Assembly (NCBI GenBank): GCA_002415345.1
Contig: DHXV01000003.1
Coordinates: 88,213 to 152,212, forward strand
Source: Patescibacteria group bacterium UBA5147
GTDB taxonomy: Bacteria; Patescibacteriota; Saccharimonadia; UBA4664
Reading direction: 5' to 3'
Length of the DNA: 64,000 bases
The notes under the pieces: generated by a model
What the model was told of the DNA's origin: nothing
The model's input: only the letters and a program-made list of their open reading frames with translations
Databases searched by the model: none
Made by a program: the position numbers and the translations under genes
In this document: positions 18,537 through 27,357 of the stretch, one piece after another
How positions within the stretch are numbered: position 1 is the first letter of the stretch
Layout of the letters: every line of letters begins with the position of its first letter

Positions 18537-19756
18537 GCCGAACCGCTGCCGGTACGGAACTCAGGGCGCATCATCCGGACTATGTTATTGCGCTCGTCGT
18601 CACCATATTGCTCGCCGTCGGACTGGTTATGATGTATTCCATCAGCCCGGTACTAAGCCATAAGTTGGTTGGAAGCGCCGACCGGAATTATTACTTTCTC
18701 AATCAAATCAAATATATAGCGTTCGGGATGGTGGTCTGGATTGGCGCGACCGCCACACCTTACACGGTATGGCGCAAGTATGCCCCATGGGTTCTGGGAG
18801 CGGCAATCATCGGGCTGTTGGCATTGATGGTGCCAGGGCTAAGTTACTCCAAATACGGGGCCACCCGCTGGCTGAACTTAGGTCTATTTTCAGTCCAGCC
18901 GGCTGAAATTATGAAAGTTGCGCTCATTCTGTATTTGGCAGCCTGGTTCGAGAAACGTTCCGGAGAACTGAAATCCTTCATGGACGGGGTCGTACCATTC
19001 ATGGTCATGGTGGGCGCTGCCAGTTTCGTCATCGTTATTTTCCAGCGTGACATGGGGACTATGGCAGTCATTGCCGCAGCGACGTTAGGTATGTTTTTTG
19101 CCGCCGGCATACGCTGGACTCATTTAGGAGTGGTTATGGGAACGGCCCTCGCCGCCGGATGGGGCGCCATCATCGCCTTTCCGCATCGTATGGACCGTTT
19201 GGCGACTTTCCTGGATCCGACCAAAGATGCGACCGGATCCGGCTATCACATTTCCCAAGCGCTCATAGCCATCGGGTCGGGCGGCATTTTGGGCTTGGGT
19301 CTGGGTCGAAGCATTCAAGTTTACGGGTACCTGCCGGAGGCCGCCAACGACTCAATTTTTGCGATCATTGCCGAAGAATTCGGAATGATAGGCTCAGTGA
19401 TGATTATCGGGCTGTTCGGTTTGTTGGTATATCGCGGCCTGAAAGTTGCGAGAGGCGCCCCCGATATGTTCTCCCGGCTCGTTGCCACAGGGATTTCCCT
19501 GTGGATGATGTTCCAGGCGGTTATCAATATCGGTGCCATGCTCTCGTTGATCCCATTGACCGGTATCCCGCTCCCGTTCATCAGCTACGGAGGGACTAGT
19601 CTGATTATTTCATTGTTCGGCATCGGCGTTCTGTTAAATATTTCTAAGTACACGGTAAATGAGGTTAGTAATGCGAATTATCGTCAGCGGCGGGGGGACA
19701 GCCGGACATATATCGCCGGCTCTGGCAGTCTGCGACGCCCTAAAGTCGCTCGATAG
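18533..19756 (+). CDS. ftsW: SEDS-family peptidoglycan glycosyltransferase FtsW
   Basis: Ten predicted TM helices. Conserved SEDS segments (DLGT, PEAANDSIFAII, ISYGGTS). GTG start overlaps the mraY stop (GTGA). Confidence 0.85.
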   Translation: MSRTAAGTELRAHHPDYVIALVVTILLAVGLVMMYSISPVLSHKLVGSADRNYYFLNQIKYIAFGMVVWIGATATPYTVWRKYAPWVLGAAIIGLLALMVPGLSYSKYGATRWLNLGLFSVQPAEIMKVALILYLAAWFEKRSGELKSFMDGVVPFMVMVGAASFVIVIFQRDMGTMAVIAAATLGMFFAAGIRWTHLGVVMGTALAAGWGAIIAFPHRMDRLATFLDPTKDATGSGYHISQALIAIGSGGILGLGLGRSIQVYGYLPEAANDSIFAIIAEEFGMIGSVMIIGLFGLLVYRGLKVARGAPDMFSRLVATGISLWMMFQAVINIGAMLSLIPLTGIPLPFISYGGTSLIISLFGIGVLLNISKYTVNEVSNANYRQRRGDSRTYIAGSGSLRRPKVAR

Positions 19757-20849
19757 CACTGTAGAGCTCCTATACGTCGGTGAGGCCACCGGTATGGAGG
19801 CCAGAATCGTTGCGGCCTCAGGAATTCGCTTTGCGGCTATTAAGGCGGGCAAGTTCCGCCGCGATCAGCGTGCCGGGATCTCACTTGTCAGCAAGTTTAC
19901 GAACCCGGCTACTTTAGGTCTGAACGCAAAAGACCTGGTCCGCGTGGGTCAAGGAGTTGTTGCCAGCCTGAAGATTATCCGATCATTCAAGCCCGACGTC
20001 ATATTTTTGAAAGGCGGATTCGTTTGCCTGCCCGTCGGACTGGCGGCACGCTTTTTGCGGGTGCCTTATGTTATTCACGAGTCGGATGTGAGTCCGGGTC
20101 TCGCCAACCGCATTTTGAGCCGTTGGGCCAAAAAAATCGCTGTCGGTTTTCCGACTAAGAGCTATCCGGGATTTGAATCCGAGCGTCTGGTCTACGTCGG
20201 CAATCCCATCCGACCTGAAATCTTGAATGCCCACCGGTTGGAGGGTTTGGCCGCCTTCAAATTAGACGACAAGCTGCCGGTAATCCTGGTTACGGGAGGA
20301 TCCCAAGGCGCAGCCGAAATAAATGACGTGGTACTAAATGCCCTGCCGCAATTATTAGAACGCTTCCAAGTCATCCATCAGACGGGTGAAGGTGAACTGG
20401 CGCGGATCAAGTTTGAATTGAGTCGTCAGGGGGTCATGCCTAACCTCAAGAGGTATCACCCATACGCGTTTTTGATGAAGGAAATGCCCTTGGCGCTGGC
20501 TGCAGCCGATATAATCATTGGCCGTGCTGGCGTCGGTACCATCAGCGATTCCGCCGCCCTCCGCAAACCGACCGTACTAATACCGAACAACCAAATGGCC
20601 GCCCATCAGATTGCCAACGCCCGCATGCTCGCCCGGATGGGAGCCGTCCGTGTCATCGATAATGCCAAATTAACCCCTGAGCGCCTGGTAGGGGAGGTGA
20701 GCCGCATTTTGGACAACCCCGTGGAAGCCGCTTCGCTGGCCAAGGCGATAGGGGAGTTCGCCCGCCCGGAAGCCGCCAAGGATCTGGCGCGCCTGGTAGT
20801 CGCCTCAGCACCGGCATCTAAACCTGAAAGGGCAGCGGGCGATGAATAA
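19671..20849 (+). CDS. murG: UDP-GlcNAc:lipid I N-acetylglucosaminyltransferase MurG
   Basis: MRIIVSGGGTAGHISPALAV N-terminal G-loop. GT-B C-terminal half. GAGG SD 6 nt before ATG 19671. Overlaps the ftsW 3' end. Confidence 0.9.
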   Translation: MRIIVSGGGTAGHISPALAVCDALKSLDSTVELLYVGEATGMEARIVAASGIRFAAIKAGKFRRDQRAGISLVSKFTNPATLGLNAKDLVRVGQGVVASLKIIRSFKPDVIFLKGGFVCLPVGLAARFLRVPYVIHESDVSPGLANRILSRWAKKIAVGFPTKSYPGFESERLVYVGNPIRPEILNAHRLEGLAAFKLDDKLPVILVTGGSQGAAEINDVVLNALPQLLERFQVIHQTGEGELARIKFELSRQGVMPNLKRYHPYAFLMKEMPLALAAADIIIGRAGVGTISDSAALRKPTVLIPNNQMAAHQIANARMLARMGAVRVIDNAKLTPERLVGEVSRILDNPVEAASLAKAIGEFARPEAAKDLARLVVASAPASKPERAAGDE

Positions 20850-21645
20850 TCAGCGCCATGTACGAACGGCTCGTCCAATTTATGGCCGTCCGCCAGTCTC
20901 ACGTAACCGCCGCCCGACTCGCAAGCGCACCTTTAGCGTCGGGCTGATGCCCAAACGAGTCATTTTCCTTATCATCCTCATCATTGCTGTCGGCCTCGGG
21001 TTGAAGCAGCTCTTTACGGTTAAAACGGTCAGTGTAGAATCAACAACACATAAGGCTGAGATAACCCGCGAGGTCCAAAGCATTATCTCAACCAACTGGA
21101 TGCAATCTAACTTGCTCACATTCAGTTCTGACCGGTTAACGAAGCAGCTGCAGAACATTGATCCGATCATTAAGAGCGTCACAGTGTCACAACAATGGCC
21201 GAGCGGCGTTTCTCTGAAGGTGACCTTAAAACGGCCGTCCCTCGGCTGGACCTCCGGTAATCAAAGCTACCTGTTGGATAGGGATGGGACGGTTATTGGG
21301 CCTCTGCCGACCGGGCAGTCTCTACCGGTCGTCTTGGATGACAGTAACCTGCCGGTTCAGCTGGGCCAGCGGGTTACGAGTACCCAGTTCGTAGGCTTCA
21401 CGATTGATGTTGCCTCCGCCCTGGCCAGCCTAAAGCTTGGGCCGACCAAACTGGAGATTAAGGATACGACGCTGGATTTGTATGCCACGACCCCGGGCGG
21501 CTACCAGCTGATATTTGACACCAGTCGATCTTCAGTGGATGAGGTGGCGGATCTAAAGGCCATACTGGCGGCGTTGGCAGCCCAAAAGAAGCAGCCGGCC
21601 CAGTATATCGATCTTCGCGTCGTCGGCAAAGCTTACTATAAGTAA
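20842..21645 (+). CDS. ftsQ: cell division protein FtsQ/DivIB (POTRA-domain)
   Basis: Basic cytoplasmic tail, single TM (VIFLIILIIAVGLGL), POTRA-like region (FTVKTVSVEST...), beta-rich C-terminal domain. Follows murG. Confidence 0.75.
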   Translation: MNNQRHVRTARPIYGRPPVSRNRRPTRKRTFSVGLMPKRVIFLIILIIAVGLGLKQLFTVKTVSVESTTHKAEITREVQSIISTNWMQSNLLTFSSDRLTKQLQNIDPIIKSVTVSQQWPSGVSLKVTLKRPSLGWTSGNQSYLLDRDGTVIGPLPTGQSLPVVLDDSNLPVQLGQRVTSTQFVGFTIDVASALASLKLGPTKLEIKDTTLDLYATTPGGYQLIFDTSRSSVDEVADLKAILAALAAQKKQPAQYIDLRVVGKAYYK

Positions 21646-22326
21646 AAAAAGTCGAGCGACTCCCCTTGTCTAAGTTCGGTTTTTGTATCCTACAGTTGAT
21701 AAAGCCAGAGTTACTGCTGGGATAGGTATTAAGTAACAAAACGGGGGCAGAGAATGGGGGTGAACTGTACAAAAAATACACAAGATGAATTTAAACGATG
21801 AAATTCAAAATAAGAGCAAAAACAACGTTTTAAAGTGTGACCCGTGGGTACGACGCAAAATATACATTGTGCGACACGGGCATATCCTGCTTCCAGCTGT
21901 ATGGTTGGACCTTTGTATTTTACCTATGCTAAGCCATTATACTCATAATCGTTCATATGGCCTCATTCTATATCCCCGGTAGACTCCCATCATCGCCGCT
22001 TCCTGGTGTGCTTTTAAGTTCTGCCACAGAGCGGCCGATCAGCTGCTTGAATCGATTAGTAACATATGTTTCGATTGGAGATTCCAGTCACTTAACCATA
22101 TGGAGCCGGCGGGTATTTGGATATCAGTGTCTTGCGAGTCGACTATGAATACAAAAGCCGAACTAGGGGACTGGACTATTTTAGAAGGCCGGACAAGTAT
22201 TGGTTGGCTTAATCATCTAGATTATGCTGATCAGTCGTGAACCCTGGGTCATTTTCTGTCTCTGGTTGCCGGATGGTGCTAGCGTGGGTCAAGGTGAGGA
22301 GACTCTTCCCTTCCCCTACTTCCCCA

Positions 22327-25170
22327 CTAAATGGTCGGTGTTTGTGACGAGCCGCGTGACTGATGGCCATTACCTGACTGCTGGTGCTTAAGATTGGCCT
22401 GGACGCGGGCAATAGCGGCTCGTACGGCCTCATCATTGCGCGCCCGGTCAATCGGTTTGGCCGCCCGTGCTTGCACCGCCGGCTGGTGGTCGCTTCCCTG
22501 TCCCCTGCCTTCGCTGCGGTTGTACGCGGCAGGAGAGCCCGCTCCTGGCACTCCTGGATTCCGTAAGGCAGCTAAGAACTCGCTTTTTGGATTGTTCGGT
22601 ATTTGTTCATCAGAGGGCAAGTTACCACTGGCTGCCGCGACAGCGTCACCGTGGGTTTGAGCGTCGATAGTCGCTCCAACGGCACGAGATCCGTGGTCGG
22701 CTCCGTCGGTGTGGCGGCTGCGGATTTCGTCCTCCACGTCGGCACGGTTGGAAGCGTATTGCTCGCGTGAGAGTCTGACGATGTCGTCCATGTGGCTGTC
22801 CTCGGGATCAGGCATACGCAGTGTCTTGGCCGAGAACGGCGGGGCCTTTTCACCGTTGATAATCATGGAAATGAAAATGTTCTGGTTGTTGAGCCGGGTG
22901 ATATCGGCTGGTTCGAAGGTCGGGTCGTAATATTTACCCAACACGGCCGAATCCTCAGGTCCGACGCGGAAAGTAACCATTGTGCCCACGTTGCCGAAGA
23001 CGGCGTCACGCACGGTTTCAGGCATCTGAGAGATGTACTGGTTGGCAACGGTCAGGTTCAGCCCGTATTTACGAGCCTCACTCAGAATGACCGCGAAGCT
23101 GTCGGTCGCGAAGTTTTGGAATTCGTCCACATACAAGTAGAACGGACGGCGTTCATCCAGAGGCATGTCGGCTCGTCCCATGGCGGCCAGCTGAATCTTG
23201 GTGACCATCAGTGCGCCCAGGATGGCGGCGTTGTCTTCACCGACCTGACCGCGGCTCAGGTTGACGACGAAGATCTTGCCCTCGTCCATCATCGTTCGGA
23301 TGTTGAAGGCGCTTTTCTGTTGGCCGATGATATTACGGATGAGCGGGTTGGCAACGAACGCTCCAACCTTGTTGAGCACTGGAGCGACGGCCTCTGAGGC
23401 GAACTTTTCGTTCCAGCTGGCGAACTCGGTATTCCAGAAGGTACGGACTACCGGGTCGTTGACTTCCCGGATGACTTTCTTTCGGAAATCTTTCTCGGTT
23501 AGCATCCGGGTAATGTCCAGCATGGTGGCGCCGGGGTAGTCCAGGAGTGCTAGGAGGGTGTAGCGGAGGATATACTCCAGGCGGGGTCCCCAGGAGTTTT
23601 CGAACATTCGCTTCAGTACCCCGACGAGTTCGGACGAAATGTGGTTCTTCAGGTTCGGATCTGTGACTTCCATGGGGTTGAACGCCATGGGATTCTCGCG
23701 ATCGGTGGCGTCAAAGTAGACGACGTCCTTGATTCGGTGCTCCGGGATGTATTTGAGTATGTCGGTAGCGTAGTCGCCGTGGGGGTCAATGATAGCGAAG
23801 CCCCGGTCGTGATAGATGTCGCTCAGTGTTAGCAACTGTAACAGCATGGACTTGCCGGCACCCGTCTGGCCGATAATATACATATGGCGCCCTCGGTCGC
23901 TGCGTTTGATGCCGAATTTCAGGTGCCGACCGCGGAAGTTCGTCAGTCCGAACAGGCTGACCTCATCCGCTTCCCCCATGCCTTCCGTAGGAAGTCCCGA
24001 TGGGGGTTCGCTGGTTTTTGAGGTAGTCCAGACCATATTCGGCGTTTCAACTGATTTATGAGGCAGGTGGTACAGCGAAGCCAGCTCTTCGATATTGAGG
24101 ATTTGGCCCTGATCCATGAACAGGCGTGAACGGTAATCTTCGATAAAGTCATGCGTATTGTATAATTTGCTCTGCGCAAAACCGTTCAGGTTGGTAGTAT
24201 TGAACTGCTTGAAGCCGCCGACGATGGCCTGCAGGCGCTGCTTGCCGGCCGTTTCGTCGGGGCCCAGGTAGGCGATGCGGATTTTTACGCCGTAGCCGAG
24301 CTTGGTGATTTTTTCTTCGATAGCTTTGATAACCGTCTGGTCGCCGGTGGACACTTCCGGCTTGGCGGAGGCACCCTTTTTCTCGCCTTTTTCGCCGCTG
24401 CCCGGGGGAGTGGCTAAAGCCGTGATGAAATTAGTGATGATGAACGCCGGCAAGGATAGCAGGGCCTCCATTACCCGCGAGAGGAAATCGCCGGATTTTT
24501 TACCGGACTTGATCTGCTCGATGTGGTTCTTGCCTTTGTCCTGCCAGGCGTCATCGATGGGACGGGCAAGGATCTGGATCCAGACCTCTTCCCCGCTCTG
24601 CTCAAGTTTGGCCAGAACGCCGGTGATTCCGGCCAGAGGGTCGACTTCGAACGACGCGAAGGTTTTAATCGGCAGGACGTCCAGCTTGGTGAGGGCGAGC
24701 TCGGTGCCGTAGATTATCCTCTCGCCAATCTCGCTCCGGGAGTAGTCGTCGGCACCTTCACGGATTTGCACCGTCGGATATTGGGCGTAGATCTGGCTCT
24801 CCACAAAGTCCTTGAGGTGCTTGGGCGTCCAGACGTAAAACTGAATAGAATTCTCGCGCGCCACAATCTCAAATGAGACGTGTTCCTGGAGAATTCCATC
24901 ACGTACTAATTCACTCTTGGGGCGCAGAATGCCATGCAACGACGCAAACATCTGCTCAGCTGAGAGTTCTTTTTTTTCGTTATCTTTCGGGACCTCGATG
25001 AGCAGGAGCACAGTATCGGTATCGTTTACCCATTGCTCGCGCCGGCGGTTTTGCCATATGAGGTAACCAAGAACTGCAACGACTAGCACCCATCCGTAAA
25101 ATTTGAAGAGTATCAGGCCGATGAACTGGAAGATGGCGACGATCGGGGCCATGATGCTTCCAAAATCCAT
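22327..25170 (-). CDS. TraG/TraD/VirD4-family (type IV coupling protein-like) membrane-anchored AAA+ ATPase with disordered Pro/Ala/Gly-rich C-terminal tail
   Basis: Two N-terminal TM helices. Walker A IIGQTGAGKSM. Walker B YLYVDEFQNF. Overall TrwB/VirD4-like layout. The roughly 150-aa C-terminal tail is low complexity. Confidence 0.75.
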   Translation of the reverse strand: MDFGSIMAPIVAIFQFIGLILFKFYGWVLVVAVLGYLIWQNRRREQWVNDTDTVLLLIEVPKDNEKKELSAEQMFASLHGILRPKSELVRDGILQEHVSFEIVARENSIQFYVWTPKHLKDFVESQIYAQYPTVQIREGADDYSRSEIGERIIYGTELALTKLDVLPIKTFASFEVDPLAGITGVLAKLEQSGEEVWIQILARPIDDAWQDKGKNHIEQIKSGKKSGDFLSRVMEALLSLPAFIITNFITALATPPGSGEKGEKKGASAKPEVSTGDQTVIKAIEEKITKLGYGVKIRIAYLGPDETAGKQRLQAIVGGFKQFNTTNLNGFAQSKLYNTHDFIEDYRSRLFMDQGQILNIEELASLYHLPHKSVETPNMVWTTSKTSEPPSGLPTEGMGEADEVSLFGLTNFRGRHLKFGIKRSDRGRHMYIIGQTGAGKSMLLQLLTLSDIYHDRGFAIIDPHGDYATDILKYIPEHRIKDVVYFDATDRENPMAFNPMEVTDPNLKNHISSELVGVLKRMFENSWGPRLEYILRYTLLALLDYPGATMLDITRMLTEKDFRKKVIREVNDPVVRTFWNTEFASWNEKFASEAVAPVLNKVGAFVANPLIRNIIGQQKSAFNIRTMMDEGKIFVVNLSRGQVGEDNAAILGALMVTKIQLAAMGRADMPLDERRPFYLYVDEFQNFATDSFAVILSEARKYGLNLTVANQYISQMPETVRDAVFGNVGTMVTFRVGPEDSAVLGKYYDPTFEPADITRLNNQNIFISMIINGEKAPPFSAKTLRMPDPEDSHMDDIVRLSREQYASNRADVEDEIRSRHTDGADHGSRAVGATIDAQTHGDAVAAASGNLPSDEQIPNNPKSEFLAALRNPGVPGAGSPAAYNRSEGRGQGSDHQPAVQARAAKPIDRARNDEAVRAAIARVQANLKHQQSGNGHQSRGSSQTPTI

Positions 25171-25176
25171 TCCCTT

Positions 25177-26217
25177 CTACTCCTCTTTTAACTTATATGT
25201 GGCTTTGGCGGTGCGTACGAACTGGTCTTTTTCTTGGAGGTTAAGGATTATGGTGGTGGTCTTGACCTGGCGTTTCATGAGTACTCGGCGGACGATCTCA
25301 TCCTTATGGAGCGGCGCTTCCTCGCGGAGGACGCTGGAGATTATCTCAGCGACCGTTCCTGGGGTGTAGCCCCACTCAGCTAGAGCGTAAATTCCCCGGC
25401 CAATCAGAATGAAGCGTTGATCCTTGATCAGTTCGTTGTGAACCGCCTGAATAGTAACGTCGCGCTTGGTCGTACCGAGGCCGCGAACATGCAGCGCGAT
25501 GTCGGAGAAGTGCAGCGGGCGTCCGTGGCGGCTTAGCACCAGATAAGTCTTGTCGCGGATGCTTTTCGGGTTTACTTCCGGCCAGCTGATCAGCCCCCAC
25601 TTGCCGTCAAAGTACGCCAGTTGTTTGGAGATGCGCATGAGCTGCTCCAGGGTCAGACTGTCGAGTTCGGACGGAAGTTTAGAGCGGAGCTTGGCGAGCG
25701 TGATCGGCTTGCCGTACTCCTTGATGGCCTTGATGATTTCTGAGATTAAAGCCACTGACTGCGAACGCTGATAAATTGGGCTCAGGCCGGCGGAAACACG
25801 CAGGTGGTCGTCCTCGTCAATCAGGTTGAGGCCGGGTACCAGGAGCGTCAGAAATACGATGTATGGCAGGTCGTTATCCGGGACGGCAAGGGCCGCGGCG
25901 ATATCGGCGATTGGAGCAACCCCGCCCTGCTCGCGGACAATCTCGACGAGCAGTTCGTTGGCCCGTTCAACGGCTGGAGACTGGTTGGTCTGCATTTTGG
26001 TGATGGCGGCCTTTTCGATCTGGCGGACCCGTTCGCGGGTGATATCGAAGTCACCGCCGATTTTTTCCAGAGTCTGGCGCTTGGGAATACCAAAACCGAA
26101 CCGGCGAGAAATAATCTGGCGGTCGCGGTCGCGGCGTAGGTCTTGGAGGATTTCCGCTGCGGTTGACTTGTAGTCGTAAGAATTTGCAGCTTTGGTTAGC
26201 ATTGTTGTGTTATTCAT
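25177..26217 (-). CDS. DNA-binding regulator: sigma-70 region 4-like HTH followed by two HARE-HTH-like winged-helix modules
   Basis: N-terminal DLRRDRDRQIISRRFGFGIPKRQTLEKIGGDFDITRERVRQIEKAAITKM is a sigma-70 region 4 signature. The C-terminal segments GRPLHFSDIA...RFILIGRGIYALAEWGY and a second, similar stretch resemble HARE-HTH. Its stop lies 6 nt before the T4CP-like gene start. Confidence 0.6.
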   Translation of the reverse strand: MNNTTMLTKAANSYDYKSTAAEILQDLRRDRDRQIISRRFGFGIPKRQTLEKIGGDFDITRERVRQIEKAAITKMQTNQSPAVERANELLVEIVREQGGVAPIADIAAALAVPDNDLPYIVFLTLLVPGLNLIDEDDHLRVSAGLSPIYQRSQSVALISEIIKAIKEYGKPITLAKLRSKLPSELDSLTLEQLMRISKQLAYFDGKWGLISWPEVNPKSIRDKTYLVLSRHGRPLHFSDIALHVRGLGTTKRDVTIQAVHNELIKDQRFILIGRGIYALAEWGYTPGTVAEIISSVLREEAPLHKDEIVRRVLMKRQVKTTTIILNLQEKDQFVRTAKATYKLKEE

Positions 26218-26352
26218 ATGTTTAGAATTATAAAATATGTCTGGATTGGAGTCAATGGTTGTCAGATTCCCAAAAAGTGTCGCTGTAATGGGACATTTGA
26301 ATTATTTTAGAACATTTACTGATAAATGTAAATGGTATTATTTCCTTGGCGA

Positions 26353-27354
26353 TTATCGCACGGGTACCAGGCTCATGATGGTTTGCGCGAGCCGTTCCCC
26401 GTCGTGCCGGATGAGAGTTCGCCGAATGAGGGTATCGCCAGGAGATTGGGTAGGAATACTGCCTGACACGAGAGGAGTTCCGATTGCCTGATAACGGGCA
26501 TTTCCAAGCACTTCGGCGTCGATTCCCACCCAGTACTCCCCCGCGGCGGCATATTTTTCCAGCAGCGCCTTATCCGGTGGCTGATTGTTATAGATTACGT
26601 AATCAACCCCCCGCGAGCCGATAAAGCGCTCAATCTCATCTGCGAAGTCCCCTACTTTGAAGCCGTCGGTCTGCTTGGGCTTGGTTACCAGGTTTGTGAC
26701 GAGCACAATTGGCGCGTCCGTTTCCCTGAGCGCCGCGGCCAAGCCATCGACGAGCAGAGTCGGTGCTAGCGAGGCGTAAAGGTTCCCGGGTGCGATAACG
26801 ATGAGATCGGCTCGTTTGAGCGCTCTTGTGACTTTTGGGTTCACCTGAGGTGCGGGTTCCAGATGCAGCTCCGGTCGGATGTACGGATGCATGGAGTGCT
26901 CCTCAACGGCATGTTGGCCGAAAATGGTTTCTCCGTCATGGGTAATATGGATGAGTTTGCAATCTTCAAGAGTGACGGGTAGGACCTGCCCCGTAATATT
27001 GAGGATTTTGCTGGCGGTTTGCACCGCGATCCCGAAATTGCCGGTGGTTTTTTCCAGAGCAGTCAGAAGCAGGTTGCCAAAGGCGTGGCCGTCAAGAGCT
27101 CCACCGGCATAACGGTAATTGAACAGCGTCCGGAGCGTTTCGGGAGCACGCGATAGCGCTACGAGGCATTGCCTGACATCGCCGGGCGGCAGCGCCCCAA
27201 GTTCGTCTCGGAGGATACCAGTTGAACCCCCATCGTCAGACATGTTAACGACGGCCGTAATATTGCGGGTGTGTTCCTTGAGCGATGAGAGCACGGTAAA
27301 ACTTCCGGTTCCTCCGCCAATCACCACGATGTGAGGATCGGTACTGGCCGTCAT
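26353..27354 (-). CDS. YvcK/CofD-family protein (gluconeogenesis factor-like, UPF0052)
   Basis: IVVIGGGTGSFTVLSSL...NMSDDGGSTGILRDELGALPPGDVRQCLVAL is the characteristic N-terminal signature of this family. Confidence 0.8.
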   Translation of the reverse strand: MTASTDPHIVVIGGGTGSFTVLSSLKEHTRNITAVVNMSDDGGSTGILRDELGALPPGDVRQCLVALSRAPETLRTLFNYRYAGGALDGHAFGNLLLTALEKTTGNFGIAVQTASKILNITGQVLPVTLEDCKLIHITHDGETIFGQHAVEEHSMHPYIRPELHLEPAPQVNPKVTRALKRADLIVIAPGNLYASLAPTLLVDGLAAALRETDAPIVLVTNLVTKPKQTDGFKVGDFADEIERFIGSRGVDYVIYNNQPPDKALLEKYAAAGEYWVGIDAEVLGNARYQAIGTPLVSGSIPTQSPGDTLIRRTLIRHDGERLAQTIMSLVPVR

Positions 27355-27357
27355 GAG

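Noticed and set aside
22792-23397. 201-aa + strand ORF, plus several 60-130 aa ORFs between 22384 and 24876
   Set aside because: All lie antisense within the T4CP-like gene, whose Walker motifs and length support the minus-strand frame.
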